DNA of 64,000 nt from a virus (taxonomy: Duplodnaviria > Caudoviricetes): IMG/VR virus record IMGVR_UViG_3300046009_000910, positions 129 to 64,128 of that record. The stretch is one strand, 5' to 3'. Position numbers and translations under genes: made by a program. The notes below the pieces were generated by a model that saw only the letters and a program-made list of their open reading frames with translations, did no database searches and was not told where the DNA came from. Within the stretch, counting starts at the first letter, position 1, and each line of letters starts with the position of its first letter. Below, piece by piece: positions 54,960 through 64,000 of the stretch.

Positions 54960-56375
54960 TCACTGGGTAAGGTCGTAGAAGGTAATACAGCCAACCCCGT
55001 CGCCGGTTGTAGCGCCAGCAATTGTTCGGACGCCCAAGGTATAAATGTCGCTAACGCCTGTCAGGGATACGCCAAGTTGCTGATCCCAGTTAAACCCAGT
55101 AGGAGCCGTCGTGTCTGCTTGGCCTCCGCCACCCGAACTGGCAACGTAACCGGTCTGAACAATCGTGCCTGCCGTGGCAATCGCCGTAGCCGCAACGTCA
55201 AACTCCACATTGCTGTCAGAAGGAACGGTTGCCGCCCAAGTGGCTCCCGTAAGGACTGGGTTTTTAATCAGCGCAATCTCGTAGTCTTGTAGCGTGGTTG
55301 GTTGAAACTGTATACGGTTAGGAAGCACCACTGCACCTAGCGCCGTTGATGCCAGCCGAATTGAGACAACTGGAAGGAAGTTAGCCGCTGTGTTTATGGT
55401 GTTAAGCACTGTTGTACGCCTTGCAACGTGCTCGATTGATATGGCCTCAAAGCCACCCTCGGAAATTACTGAGGAGCAAATCTGCGTGAGCGTAGCGGCA
55501 ACCGCCGATGTTGTAGTAGTAATCTCATAGCGGACAGGCAATATGGCAGTGGTCATGTAGACCGTTGTGCCGTAAACGTTGGCGGTATTAAATGTATGGC
55601 AAAGAACATATTGCCCGTCAATAATAAAGCCGCACCGAACTGAACCGACCCCTAGCCACTCAAAATCCATCCATAAAATCTGTGGGTGGGTCAGGTCAAG
55701 GGTGTATCCAGAGGCACCGGTACCGTCTAGTTTGTCCCCATTCCAGTCTGCTTGATTGACAAACCGTGCATCGCTTGGAGTACCAGAGGTATTTGAACGC
55801 ATCACAAGCGAATTAACGCCTCCGGTGCGACGGAAGAATAGCCCGTTTTGAGTATTAAAGTACCCAACTTTTTGATCGAGGTTGGCAGAAGTGTTGTTGT
55901 CCATCTGGAATGTTGCTAGAACCAATAGACTTTTTCCCGGCTGGTACAGCATATTGCGGAATGACTGGCGCACCACGGAGCCAACGCCACCACCTGTCAC
56001 AGCCAGACTAACGCTAGACTGGTTGGTATTGAATGTCGATGTCCCAGTACCCGATGTGGAGGTGCTGAACTGATTGTCAGCAGCGTAACGGCTTTGGCTG
56101 TCAAATAGGCTGTACGGTTCGCTAACCCGCAGTCTTCCAAACGCATCTACGTTGGTGCCGCCTATTGAAATTGGTAATGGGGTCATATTTCCCTCGCAAG
56201 CCGTTCCATTTAGTATCCCTGCTACTGCGTTTTGAAAGTTATCAATCTGGTTAAAGTACAGCCGCAAAATCCTAATAAGGTCTGTTGCGTAGCGCTGATC
56301 GTATTCAATTGGTGGTACCGGTAGCGCAGGCGCAACAAAGTTCTTCTGTAGATTGTTATCAACACAGATAGTCAT
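54960..56375 (-). CDS. Tail structural protein
   Basis: PALP..P.EY...LRLYFNQID N-module fused to a DAFGRLRVS...YQPGKS...WLGVG.VR beta domain. Confidence 0.65.
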   Translation of the reverse strand: MTICVDNNLQKNFVAPALPVPPIEYDQRYATDLIRILRLYFNQIDNFQNAVAGILNGTACEGNMTPLPISIGGTNVDAFGRLRVSEPYSLFDSQSRYAADNQFSTSTSGTGTSTFNTNQSSVSLAVTGGGVGSVVRQSFRNMLYQPGKSLLVLATFQMDNNTSANLDQKVGYFNTQNGLFFRRTGGVNSLVMRSNTSGTPSDARFVNQADWNGDKLDGTGASGYTLDLTHPQILWMDFEWLGVGSVRCGFIIDGQYVLCHTFNTANVYGTTVYMTTAILPVRYEITTTTSAVAATLTQICSSVISEGGFEAISIEHVARRTTVLNTINTAANFLPVVSIRLASTALGAVVLPNRIQFQPTTLQDYEIALIKNPVLTGATWAATVPSDSNVEFDVAATAIATAGTIVQTGYVASSGGGGQADTTAPTGFNWDQQLGVSLTGVSDIYTLGVRTIAGATTGDGVGCITFYDLTQ

Positions 56376-58225
56376 CGTCTACCATCCGGGCGTCCGTCAA
56401 GGCGTGGAGAACCAAGCTGCCACTGCACATCTAAATCTTCAGAGTAAATCTTAAACCCAAGCTGACGAGCACGGGCGCGTATAAATATCTGATCCGTGTA
56501 CTGTTGAACCGGGATTGTGGCGCTGCGCACTATATCGGGTTGATTGGCGCTAATGTAATTGGATCCCGGGAAGTTCCTTGGTTTAACTGTCATATAAACC
56601 GTAGGGCTAGCGGCAGTCGAACCATTGAAGTCCAAGTCAGGAATAATCCGTTTAATTAGTACGAACTGATCTCCATCCACTAAATCAAAATCAGACGTTG
56701 TGATAAAGGACGACATGGGAAGGATGTCATCATTGACACCTTGCTCATGATTAAATACGTAGTTACCGCCGATAGCCTGCGGGTATTCCCTAAGTGGTGA
56801 GTCCAGCCACGCAGTCCGAGCAATACTGCCGTAGTACCAAATCTTTTCAACGTAGTTAAAAATTACATAACTGTCGTTAGTGTTAGATGCAGCGCTGGGG
56901 TAGAACCACCAAATTTCCTGCCACCCTTCGTTAGTGCCGCACACAACCTGACTTGCTTGGTCATAGTTAAAGTTGCTAAACACGTGATTTCTTAGTGTGC
57001 AAGGTAGCGTCTCAACCCGTCCAGAATAGGAATAGAACTTATCTGTACCCATCCAATAGGTCACGTTATTAGCAGAAATACAAGCCCGTGGGGACATGAT
57101 TGAGATGTTGTCTGCTAACTCTTGGAGTCCAAATACGTCTGTGGTTCCCAAGAACTGTAGCGTGTACAAGTGAGAGTCAGTAAATACTAGCGTCTCCTGC
57201 CGGGTAGGTATCGCCCTGATAATCCTTGATCCACGAGATACTCGTAAGAAGCCTGCCGAATTTGTTGCGGACGGCGCCCAGTTGACAGGATCGTCCTGAT
57301 TAGCCCACCTAATAAGAAGGGGGTCAAAATCATTGACGCTACTAGAACCGTAAGGCACGCAGCCAAAAGCGAGTAGATGCTTATCGTTTTGTGATACAAG
57401 AATTTGCATGGCTTGGACGGGGACACTGGCAGCTCCTGTTAAAGAAGAAAGCAACACGGCACGCGTATTAAATGCCCCGTTGTACTCCCAAATATAAATC
57501 GGACCGTTGCGGATATTGGCAATCAGGTCGTTGTCAAAGTTGTCCATGAACCAATCACGCTGCGCAATCAAAACAGGCGTAAGCGCGCCCTCACCCCAGC
57601 CCAATCGACCCCACGTACCAGCACCCCAGCCGTATCCGTAGGTAACTGATGCCCCACCAATATTGATCTGGAAAGCCGCCGTAATGGCTGTGCCACCGCC
57701 GTTTGCCGTGCTTGAGGCAGTTGTACCAACGGTAATAGTGAAGTTGTCTGCGTCAACGATGGATTGGATTTCAAATTCAGCGTTTAACTGAGAAGCGGGT
57801 ACCCCACCCACCGGCCCCGTAGCGCCTGAAAAAGTAACAAACGCCCCAGCCGAAGCGCCGTGCCCAGCTATATTGACGTTGACCGTGGTAGATCCGCTGG
57901 TGGTGTCAAAACAGTTATCTGTATCCGGGCTGGTGAAAGTTGCTCGAATTGGGGTGATGTCAATTAAATTAGCACCAACTTCTAAATATAGTTTTTGATC
58001 AGTCCCGTAGGACATGATGTTGTCAGAGTTGGTAGTTATGTAGTTGTACATCTGTCGGCAGGTGCCGATCAGAGTAAATAAACCATAGCGCAACCACCCG
58101 CCAATCTTTTGCGGGTACCCAGACCGAAAGCGAATCTTGTCGCACTCATGAAAACCACCCTCATTGGAGTAGTTAGTCTGATCGCGGTTGACGCCCGGTT
58201 TGAACTGAAGCTTTTGGAGTGGCAT
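56372..58225 (-). CDS. Tail tubular B / nozzle-like stabilisation protein
   Basis: FKPGVNR, KIRFR.G.PQKIGGW, IRW..Q, EIWWFYPS, RTAW.D; beta-propeller-like. Confidence 0.7.
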   Translation of the reverse strand: MPLQKLQFKPGVNRDQTNYSNEGGFHECDKIRFRSGYPQKIGGWLRYGLFTLIGTCRQMYNYITTNSDNIMSYGTDQKLYLEVGANLIDITPIRATFTSPDTDNCFDTTSGSTTVNVNIAGHGASAGAFVTFSGATGPVGGVPASQLNAEFEIQSIVDADNFTITVGTTASSTANGGGTAITAAFQINIGGASVTYGYGWGAGTWGRLGWGEGALTPVLIAQRDWFMDNFDNDLIANIRNGPIYIWEYNGAFNTRAVLLSSLTGAASVPVQAMQILVSQNDKHLLAFGCVPYGSSSVNDFDPLLIRWANQDDPVNWAPSATNSAGFLRVSRGSRIIRAIPTRQETLVFTDSHLYTLQFLGTTDVFGLQELADNISIMSPRACISANNVTYWMGTDKFYSYSGRVETLPCTLRNHVFSNFNYDQASQVVCGTNEGWQEIWWFYPSAASNTNDSYVIFNYVEKIWYYGSIARTAWLDSPLREYPQAIGGNYVFNHEQGVNDDILPMSSFITTSDFDLVDGDQFVLIKRIIPDLDFNGSTAASPTVYMTVKPRNFPGSNYISANQPDIVRSATIPVQQYTDQIFIRARARQLGFKIYSEDLDVQWQLGSPRLDGRPDGRR

Positions 58226-58226
58226 T

Positions 58227-58691
58227 TTAGGCTACAAGTCCTTTTAGATACACCGTTTTACCCCCCTGCTTGGTAGCAGTCAAGTTCTCTTTCTTGAGGT
58301 TAGCAGGGTCGTAGGAGACGTGAACCCAGCCCGAATCAGGAACCCCGGGGGTGTAGAACTCAAGGATTAACTGGGTGTAGGTTAGGTTGTCCATAATCCA
58401 CACGGCTAGGTCTGCGTTGGGCACACCGGGAATCTCAATGTCAGCGGCTTGTCCTTTACAATGGTCGGACGTTTTGGAGCCTCCCACCTTTGCGTTGACT
58501 TCGGGGTGCCTAAAGCCTGAGTTGACCTTAACTCCCCGCTGGAAATGATCACGGACTGGCTGGAGTACCTTCTCACATAGGGTTTTAAGGTTTGCAATCT
58601 CAGCCTCCCCGGGTGTGTTGTCCATGTCGTGCCGAAGAGCGGTCTCGCTTTTGACCAATTCCTCAAGCGTAAAGTTAGCCGTCAGGTTCAT
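58227..58691 (-). CDS. Endolysin, peptidase M15A family
   Basis: NFTLEEL, SGFR, SDHCKGQAAD, WVHVS. Confidence 0.9.
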   Translation of the reverse strand: MNLTANFTLEELVKSETALRHDMDNTPGEAEIANLKTLCEKVLQPVRDHFQRGVKVNSGFRHPEVNAKVGGSKTSDHCKGQAADIEIPGVPNADLAVWIMDNLTYTQLILEFYTPGVPDSGWVHVSYDPANLKKENLTATKQGGKTVYLKGLVA

Positions 58692-59089
58692 TTCTGCTTG
58701 GCCTTCATATCCATGACCTTCTCAAGGGTGCGTCCGCCGAAGTAGAAGGACATCACCAGCATCCCCCACTGGCCCAAGAGTGACACAAAGTTATCCGAAA
58801 TATCCAGCCCCAAGGCATCCATCACGGCTAGGGCTAGGTAGGCAGTCAGGATGTAGATCAGCGTCATAGGCCGGATGTTTTTGGACAGCCACGAGTCCGA
58901 CTTCATATCAGCCTCAGCCCGCTTGGTCAGGTTATCCTGCTCGTTCATGTCCGCTTGGAGTTGGGCTAATTCACCCTTTTGCTGCATCTCTAGAAGCATA
59001 GCCTGCGCCTTGGCACGAGCCTCTGGGTCTGGAAGAACCTTGTCCAGTACCTTCTCACCAATGGATAACAAAGCAGCAACTGGGAACAT
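58688..59089 (-). CDS. Holin (GTA 3TM-holin-like)
   Basis: DSWLSKNIRP, two TM segments, FYFGGRTLEK; adjacent to the endolysin. Confidence 0.8.
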   Translation of the reverse strand: MFPVAALLSIGEKVLDKVLPDPEARAKAQAMLLEMQQKGELAQLQADMNEQDNLTKRAEADMKSDSWLSKNIRPMTLIYILTAYLALAVMDALGLDISDNFVSLLGQWGMLVMSFYFGGRTLEKVMDMKAKQK

Positions 59090-59703
59090 TATTTCTTACT
59101 CCTTGAAAGCATGGTTGCGGCGATATTAAGCAGCGCCTTGGTCTGATCTAAATCGGCGGGAGGGGTTGCCCAGCCCACGGTAATCTGCCCCACAAACCGA
59201 CTCGGCTCAGGCGGGACACTGATCCTGCACGCAAACCGCATACCCTTCTCAATGTACCAAAGGCCAATCTCTGACTGCGCCGCCTTATATTCCCCACATG
59301 GAATGTTGCCTGCCATGAGGTTAACTACGTCCTGATTGTTGGTTTGGTTAGCCGTAAAGAGTCCTACGTCCAGCCCATCGTTAGTCTTGTCCCTACCTTC
59401 CTTGGTATACGCCCGATACTGCACCCGGGTTCCAAGCAAAGGGTTTACTTTAAATACCGCCACGGTAGTCGCACCCGTGGTCTTAAACAGATGGGCTACA
59501 GCATCCTCAACCCGGTCTTCTACAATCTCAGGAAGTTTCTGACTTTCCTTGTAGGTGCCTACGATTAAGTCTTTGTTGTCATACAGCATCCAGCCACCGA
59601 AAGCCAGCACCCCCATGAGGATCAAGGCGAACAATTTAAACGGCGAGTCAACGTACGCCAGCACCTTTGATAGCGTGTCATTAGCGTTTAGTTTCTCAGC
59701 CAT
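59089..59703 (-). CDS. Membrane-anchored hypothetical protein
   Basis: TM segment FALILMGVLAFGGWML; start probably 59703. Confidence 0.6.
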   Translation of the reverse strand: MAEKLNANDTLSKVLAYVDSPFKLFALILMGVLAFGGWMLYDNKDLIVGTYKESQKLPEIVEDRVEDAVAHLFKTTGATTVAVFKVNPLLGTRVQYRAYTKEGRDKTNDGLDVGLFTANQTNNQDVVNLMAGNIPCGEYKAAQSEIGLWYIEKGMRFACRISVPPEPSRFVGQITVGWATPPADLDQTKALLNIAATMLSRSKK

Positions 59704-60161
59704 TACAGATGACCCTTCATAATGTAATAAATAGTGACAACCAGAAACGCCAGCATCACACAAATAATCTGCAACTCTCGTAACTTCGCTACATCCCTGC
59801 CCAGTGCATCTTTACTTTTGGCATGACGGGCAATCATGTCCTCTTTAATCTTCTTGACCTTCTCGAACTCTTCCTCACCCTTGAAGTGCCCAAACTGCTG
59901 GATCAGAAAGTCTTTTACTTCCAACTCCATGCGGCGTATTTGGTCTAGCCTGCGCCACTCCGCCATAGCGGTCATGATTGTTATTTCGCCTTCACTGCTC
60001 TTGCGTACGTTCCTAAAAGCATGACGGGCTTTGACCTCCGCCATTCCAAAGTTTTGAATCGACTCGACTGCTGAACTAATCTCCTTGCCTGATTGAATAG
60101 CAGACTTAATACTCTGTGTTGCCGCCTTTGCGGTACCGATAATCGGGTCTAAATCTGACAA
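59703..60161 (-). CDS. Hypothetical protein with a C-terminal TM helix
   Basis: AAGGA RBS, TTG start, hydrophobic C-terminus. Confidence 0.6.
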   Translation of the reverse strand: MSDLDPIIGTAKAATQSIKSAIQSGKEISSAVESIQNFGMAEVKARHAFRNVRKSSEGEITIMTAMAEWRRLDQIRRMELEVKDFLIQQFGHFKGEEEFEKVKKIKEDMIARHAKSKDALGRDVAKLRELQIICVMLAFLVVTIYYIMKGHL

Positions 60162-60172
60162 GATTCATCCTT

Positions 60173-60382
60173 TTAAAACACCCCGCCGCCAGCAGCAGGT
60201 AGTGTTGTCGCATGGATTGCTACGTTTTGCTGGAGATCTAGGTCAACTCCACAGTCGGCGCAGGTGTCGGCCTCTAACTCAGACTCATCCAAGTCATACC
60301 CACAGGCTTTGCAAAGCAGTTCTACTTCGTGCTTTGGGACTATGGTGCCGTCAATTTCCTGCGCTTCGACTATGCGTTTCAT
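60173..60382 (-). CDS. Small Zn-ribbon protein
   Basis: CKAC...CADC. Confidence 0.6.
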   Translation of the reverse strand: MKRIVEAQEIDGTIVPKHEVELLCKACGYDLDESELEADTCADCGVDLDLQQNVAIHATTLPAAGGGVF

Positions 60383-60384
60383 AT

Positions 60385-60972
60385 TTACCCCTGAACTGCA
60401 GCCATTAACTGCTCAACCGTTGTGCAGGCAGCAATCGCAGCCTCTTTCTCAGCACACAGCGCCAATACAGCAGCACGGTCAGCCATCACATCACCGGGAA
60501 TCTCGACGTTGCGCTCGGCCTTACGGATTACCATCCAGTCGGTTTGGGCAAGTTCTGAGTTAGCAGCGGCTTTGGTTTGAGCGATCCACTGTGACTTGAG
60601 ACCCTTGGTAACCAGACGCTCGGTGGAATCAACCATTGCAGGCTGTCCATTAACCACACCCAAGACCTGAACGTACATTGGGTTGCCCTGTGCATCTACT
60701 TCTTCCTTGTCCTCAAGCGCCTTGGGAGTAGCCGTGTAGGTTGCCTCAACCGTCTGGTTGGTCTCGTTGACACGGTAGGATGGGCCAGTTACCCAGTAGA
60801 ACCGCTGGTCTTGTTGAGTGCCTTGGATGACCTCGTAGACACCTACTGACTTGCGCTCTGCCTCGGTAGCATTGCGGATAAATCTGGCTGAGTATTGCTT
60901 CTCGCCAATAGTAAAGGCTACATCCGGCTGGATGAGTTGAACGATGTTACCGTTTTGAACTACTGCGAACAT
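60385..60972 (-). CDS. Tail fibre assembly/chaperone-like protein
   Basis: LAQTDWMVIRKAE motif; follows the tail lectin gene. Confidence 0.65.
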   Translation of the reverse strand: MFAVVQNGNIVQLIQPDVAFTIGEKQYSARFIRNATEAERKSVGVYEVIQGTQQDQRFYWVTGPSYRVNETNQTVEATYTATPKALEDKEEVDAQGNPMYVQVLGVVNGQPAMVDSTERLVTKGLKSQWIAQTKAAANSELAQTDWMVIRKAERNVEIPGDVMADRAAVLALCAEKEAAIAACTTVEQLMAAVQG

Positions 60973-60990
60973 AATGTTCTCCTTAAAAAA

Positions 60991-63966
60991 TTATCGTGCG
61001 TTAGCAAATTGAAATGGGTATTCGGCAAAGGCTGCGTAGATGTAGGTTGCCGTGTTTTCATTGTTACGAACTGAAGTGTTTCGCACCTTAAATCCGTTAG
61101 ATACAAAATCAAGATACGCAGTTGAACTTAAAACAGTAGTTGCCTCTGCATCTGATTTGTTAGGCATAAGTTGTAGATCCGCCACATTATATGTATTTCT
61201 TGCGGAATCTAAGATAATCCAATCTCTTGCAGAAACAGTTGCTTCTTTTACCATTACAAACCTTGGCCTAAACCCTGTGTAGATAAATGGGCCATCAGCA
61301 CTTCCATTGCCAATATACGAACCAAAGGCAGAGTACCCCGCTACTGCGGCAAAGCAGTAGGCTACAAAGTTATTAGTATTTCCATTTACATCTGTTGCAT
61401 TACCTAAAGAAAATACCGTTGAAGTTGGTGCGGTATTGTTCCAAGCCCCGCTAAATGTATTTTCAGTATCAGTTAAATCAAGAAATAGTCTTTTTGTTGC
61501 GCCTAGTACAGAACTATAAACTTGCCAGTTTTGTGCAGATGCAGTTCTATTTCTGACAATAATTAAATTTGGCGCTACCCCCAATCCGTGACCTACTGTT
61601 GCCCCGCTTGTAGCGTTACCCGTATAAGTAACAATCGAGAAGCCAGCAGTTGTATTTGCTGAGACTGTCGAGGTTATGCTTCCAGCGGTGTTGGATGAGC
61701 CTGATCCGTTGGCTTTCCAGTTCCATGCGACGTAAGTAGAGCCAGAACCGTTTACTGAACCCACCGCAAGGTTATTGTCTCCAAGAGTCATACTGCTTGA
61801 ACCAATCGCAGTAACTCCACTATCCGCATCAGTTTGTTCTGCGTCAGTTAAGTTTGTAAATAGTTGCTTGCTTGTTCCACGAACAGAATCAGTCAGAGTA
61901 TGAGCCGCCGCACCGTTTCTACGCTTAATCCAAATAAAGTCTGGTTGCAATCCTGTGTCTATGGTTTGACTTGTACCGTTACCCGTATACAGAACAGCAT
62001 TAAAGTAATCATCACCTTGATTCGTCAGCCCAAAGCCAATAGTCGTTGCTGGTAGGTTAGTGGTACATAGTGAACGGAATCCAGCGGGGGGTGTATACGC
62101 AAATGGGCGTTGACCGAAGTTGGCTTCTACCGTACAAGAAGACGTAGCACCTCCGTTGCTTACTGATGGACTATACGTGCCACTAATAGAAGTAAAGGCT
62201 GCGTTTGTTCCCGCTACTGGGTTTCCAGAGTTTTGAAATGTACCGTTTTTAGAAAAGTAAATCTTGCCGTTGTCCATATCCAACGCAACGCCAATTACAT
62301 CATTTGTTGTAAATGTGTTTCCGTAAGAAGTTGCCGTTGATGGGTTGTATTTATTTCCGGTTGTATAGTATCCGTAACCATCATCTCCACTTGCAAGGTT
62401 GGCGGTTTTGTACTCATACGCAGAACTTGTTACAGCGACCATGCAGCCACCGCTAGAAATTGCAGTAGGAGTTACTTCCCAATACCATTTGCCAGACGAA
62501 ACTGCAATAGTTGAAAATATTCGTTCATCTGCTGCCGTTGTTGTTACAGCAGTTAAATTACCGTTTGAAGTGCTTGATGCCGCTGGTTTTGCTAAAGGAC
62601 TCCAAGTACAGTAATTGCCCCGTATCACCCCGCCTACATCACCTGTGGTGTTATACGCAAACCACGGGGTAGGCACATCAGTCAAGCTGTCGTTGGCTGA
62701 TCCATCGGCAATAAATGCCCCGCTGGATGCGGTAATGGTTAAACTAGGCGCTCCATTGGGATAACCGTAATATGCAGTTACTGCATTGTTTGCGCCAAAT
62801 GCAATTGAAATAACATCACCGCTGACAACCGAAATTCCTGTTTGCGTTACCGTTTGCGCTGTTCGTGACTGGGTGGCAGTTTGAGTGCCTGAGTTGTTAT
62901 TTACAGCGCCGCCTTGGACGGTAAACAAAGAACTTCCGTTTTTATAAACGGTGTGAGTTTGCCAATCAGAAATAAGTCCGTTAAGCGAACCAATTCCAGT
63001 AAACACAGACCCACTAATGTTTCCGCATCCACCAAAAGCAGTTAAATTAACCGTGCCAGATCCAACAACAGTTGCCGATAAAGTAACACTACCTGATTTT
63101 GTTGCATCAACTATTTCTAAAACTTTTGATGAAGTACTGCCAACGCTAAAGTTGTTAGTAGTCCAGTTATTAGCGTTGCCAGAGTAGTCATAGCCCAGCG
63201 TGGTGGTCGAGGTCGCATCCTTGAAGTTCAAGTAGAACCCGTTAGTCCCGTAGGTTCCTGAATACTTAAGCGGAATCCATTGACCGGTCTGTGGGTTAGT
63301 CATGCCGAATGATGATGGGGTTAAGGCTTGACCGTCAATGAAGTTAGTTTCTGTTAGGTAGCCGTTTACAAAGTCTGATGAATTGTAAGTACCGCGGCCT
63401 ATATTATGCTCACTTGTTGAATTTATGTAAGTTCTCATATTTAGACTGGGGTATGAACCACTCAAAGTCTGCAAAGAATTATTTACATAAAGTATTACTC
63501 TGTTTGAAGAAGTTGCTTGGGTTGTGTCAACAGACATAACAATATGATACCAAGCAGATGGGTCACGAAATACTGCGGCAGTATCTAATGTATAGGATGA
63601 TGAACTATCAAAATCATAAAAATACACTCTTAATAGGTTGTCACTTTTAAATCTAAGTAGTGCCGTAGCCGAAGCACTTGCATTTGCGGACAATAAGCAA
63701 TTATTTGCGCCAGTGTCACATCTTTTTACCCATGTGCTAAAAGTAAATGTGCGTTGGTTTCCAGCACTAGCCGGGGTTCGGTTCAGATAAGCAGAATCTG
63801 CGCTATTGAATCTTAGGCTTTTAGAGATTGGGTTAGGTACACCAGCCACGGGCCAGTTGTTGTTCTTGATGGCGGCGGCTTGATCGTCCAGCGTCCAGTT
63901 ACCCGATGCGCTGGTCTGGGTAGGAGTTACCTGAGTTTTGGTTATGACTTTACCGGGGTAGTCCAT
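60991..63966 (-). CDS. Large tail protein with LamG/ConA-like and SPRY-like domains
   Basis: WYHIV, GKWYWEV, DVIGVALDMDNGKIYFSKNG, NFGQRPF motifs. Confidence 0.8.
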   Translation of the reverse strand: MDYPGKVITKTQVTPTQTSASGNWTLDDQAAAIKNNNWPVAGVPNPISKSLRFNSADSAYLNRTPASAGNQRTFTFSTWVKRCDTGANNCLLSANASASATALLRFKSDNLLRVYFYDFDSSSSYTLDTAAVFRDPSAWYHIVMSVDTTQATSSNRVILYVNNSLQTLSGSYPSLNMRTYINSTSEHNIGRGTYNSSDFVNGYLTETNFIDGQALTPSSFGMTNPQTGQWIPLKYSGTYGTNGFYLNFKDATSTTTLGYDYSGNANNWTTNNFSVGSTSSKVLEIVDATKSGSVTLSATVVGSGTVNLTAFGGCGNISGSVFTGIGSLNGLISDWQTHTVYKNGSSLFTVQGGAVNNNSGTQTATQSRTAQTVTQTGISVVSGDVISIAFGANNAVTAYYGYPNGAPSLTITASSGAFIADGSANDSLTDVPTPWFAYNTTGDVGGVIRGNYCTWSPLAKPAASSTSNGNLTAVTTTAADERIFSTIAVSSGKWYWEVTPTAISSGGCMVAVTSSAYEYKTANLASGDDGYGYYTTGNKYNPSTATSYGNTFTTNDVIGVALDMDNGKIYFSKNGTFQNSGNPVAGTNAAFTSISGTYSPSVSNGGATSSCTVEANFGQRPFAYTPPAGFRSLCTTNLPATTIGFGLTNQGDDYFNAVLYTGNGTSQTIDTGLQPDFIWIKRRNGAAAHTLTDSVRGTSKQLFTNLTDAEQTDADSGVTAIGSSSMTLGDNNLAVGSVNGSGSTYVAWNWKANGSGSSNTAGSITSTVSANTTAGFSIVTYTGNATSGATVGHGLGVAPNLIIVRNRTASAQNWQVYSSVLGATKRLFLDLTDTENTFSGAWNNTAPTSTVFSLGNATDVNGNTNNFVAYCFAAVAGYSAFGSYIGNGSADGPFIYTGFRPRFVMVKEATVSARDWIILDSARNTYNVADLQLMPNKSDAEATTVLSSTAYLDFVSNGFKVRNTSVRNNENTATYIYAAFAEYPFQFANAR

Positions 63967-63997
63967 GTCGATCCTATCGGGCTAAAGCGTACTTAAA
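63963..63997. repeat. Terminal direct repeat, right copy
   Basis: Identical to positions 1-35. Confidence 0.9.
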
Positions 63998-64000
63998 GGG

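Noticed and set aside
1-64000. tRNA genes, integrase/att site, alternative genetic code
   Set aside because: No cloverleaf or T-loop signature noticed by eye (tRNAscan not run); no tyrosine or serine recombinase motifs; genes are full-length under the standard code.

Overview
The window is an essentially complete genome (~63.96 kb) of a tailed dsDNA phage, with a 35-bp terminal overlap. It resembles uncultured freshwater podovirus-like phages; a Proteobacterial host is an inference. There are two arms. The minus-strand virion/lysis arm runs from 20.7 kb to 1 and from 64 kb to 43.1 kb: terminase, portal, GroES-like protein, scaffold, Mu-gpT-type major capsid, many small basic proteins, adaptors, lectin-like tail proteins, holin, M15 endolysin, internal virion proteins and a 2575-aa polyvalent protein. 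The plus-strand early/replication arm runs from 21.2 to 43.1 kb: small host-interaction genes, MoxR-type AAA + vWA/metallopeptidase, family A DNA polymerase, nucleases, SNF2 helicase, SSB-like protein and primase-helicase. I saw no integrase, tRNA, CRISPR array or reverse transcriptase. The most striking signal is non-coding: a predicted ~90-nt sRNA (about 20730-20820) with its own promoter and terminator. It carries two anti-Shine-Dalgarno sequences, one of which pairs over 13-14 nt with the RBS-to-start regions of several of the phage's own early/replication genes. Also present are two palindromic operator families, an iteron-like origin, two more structured RNAs, an RNAP alpha-CTD mimic, a cassette-split tail gene and a recurring hydrophobic-x-x-GG motif in virion proteins. 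All protein calls rest on motif recognition by eye; no searches were run.
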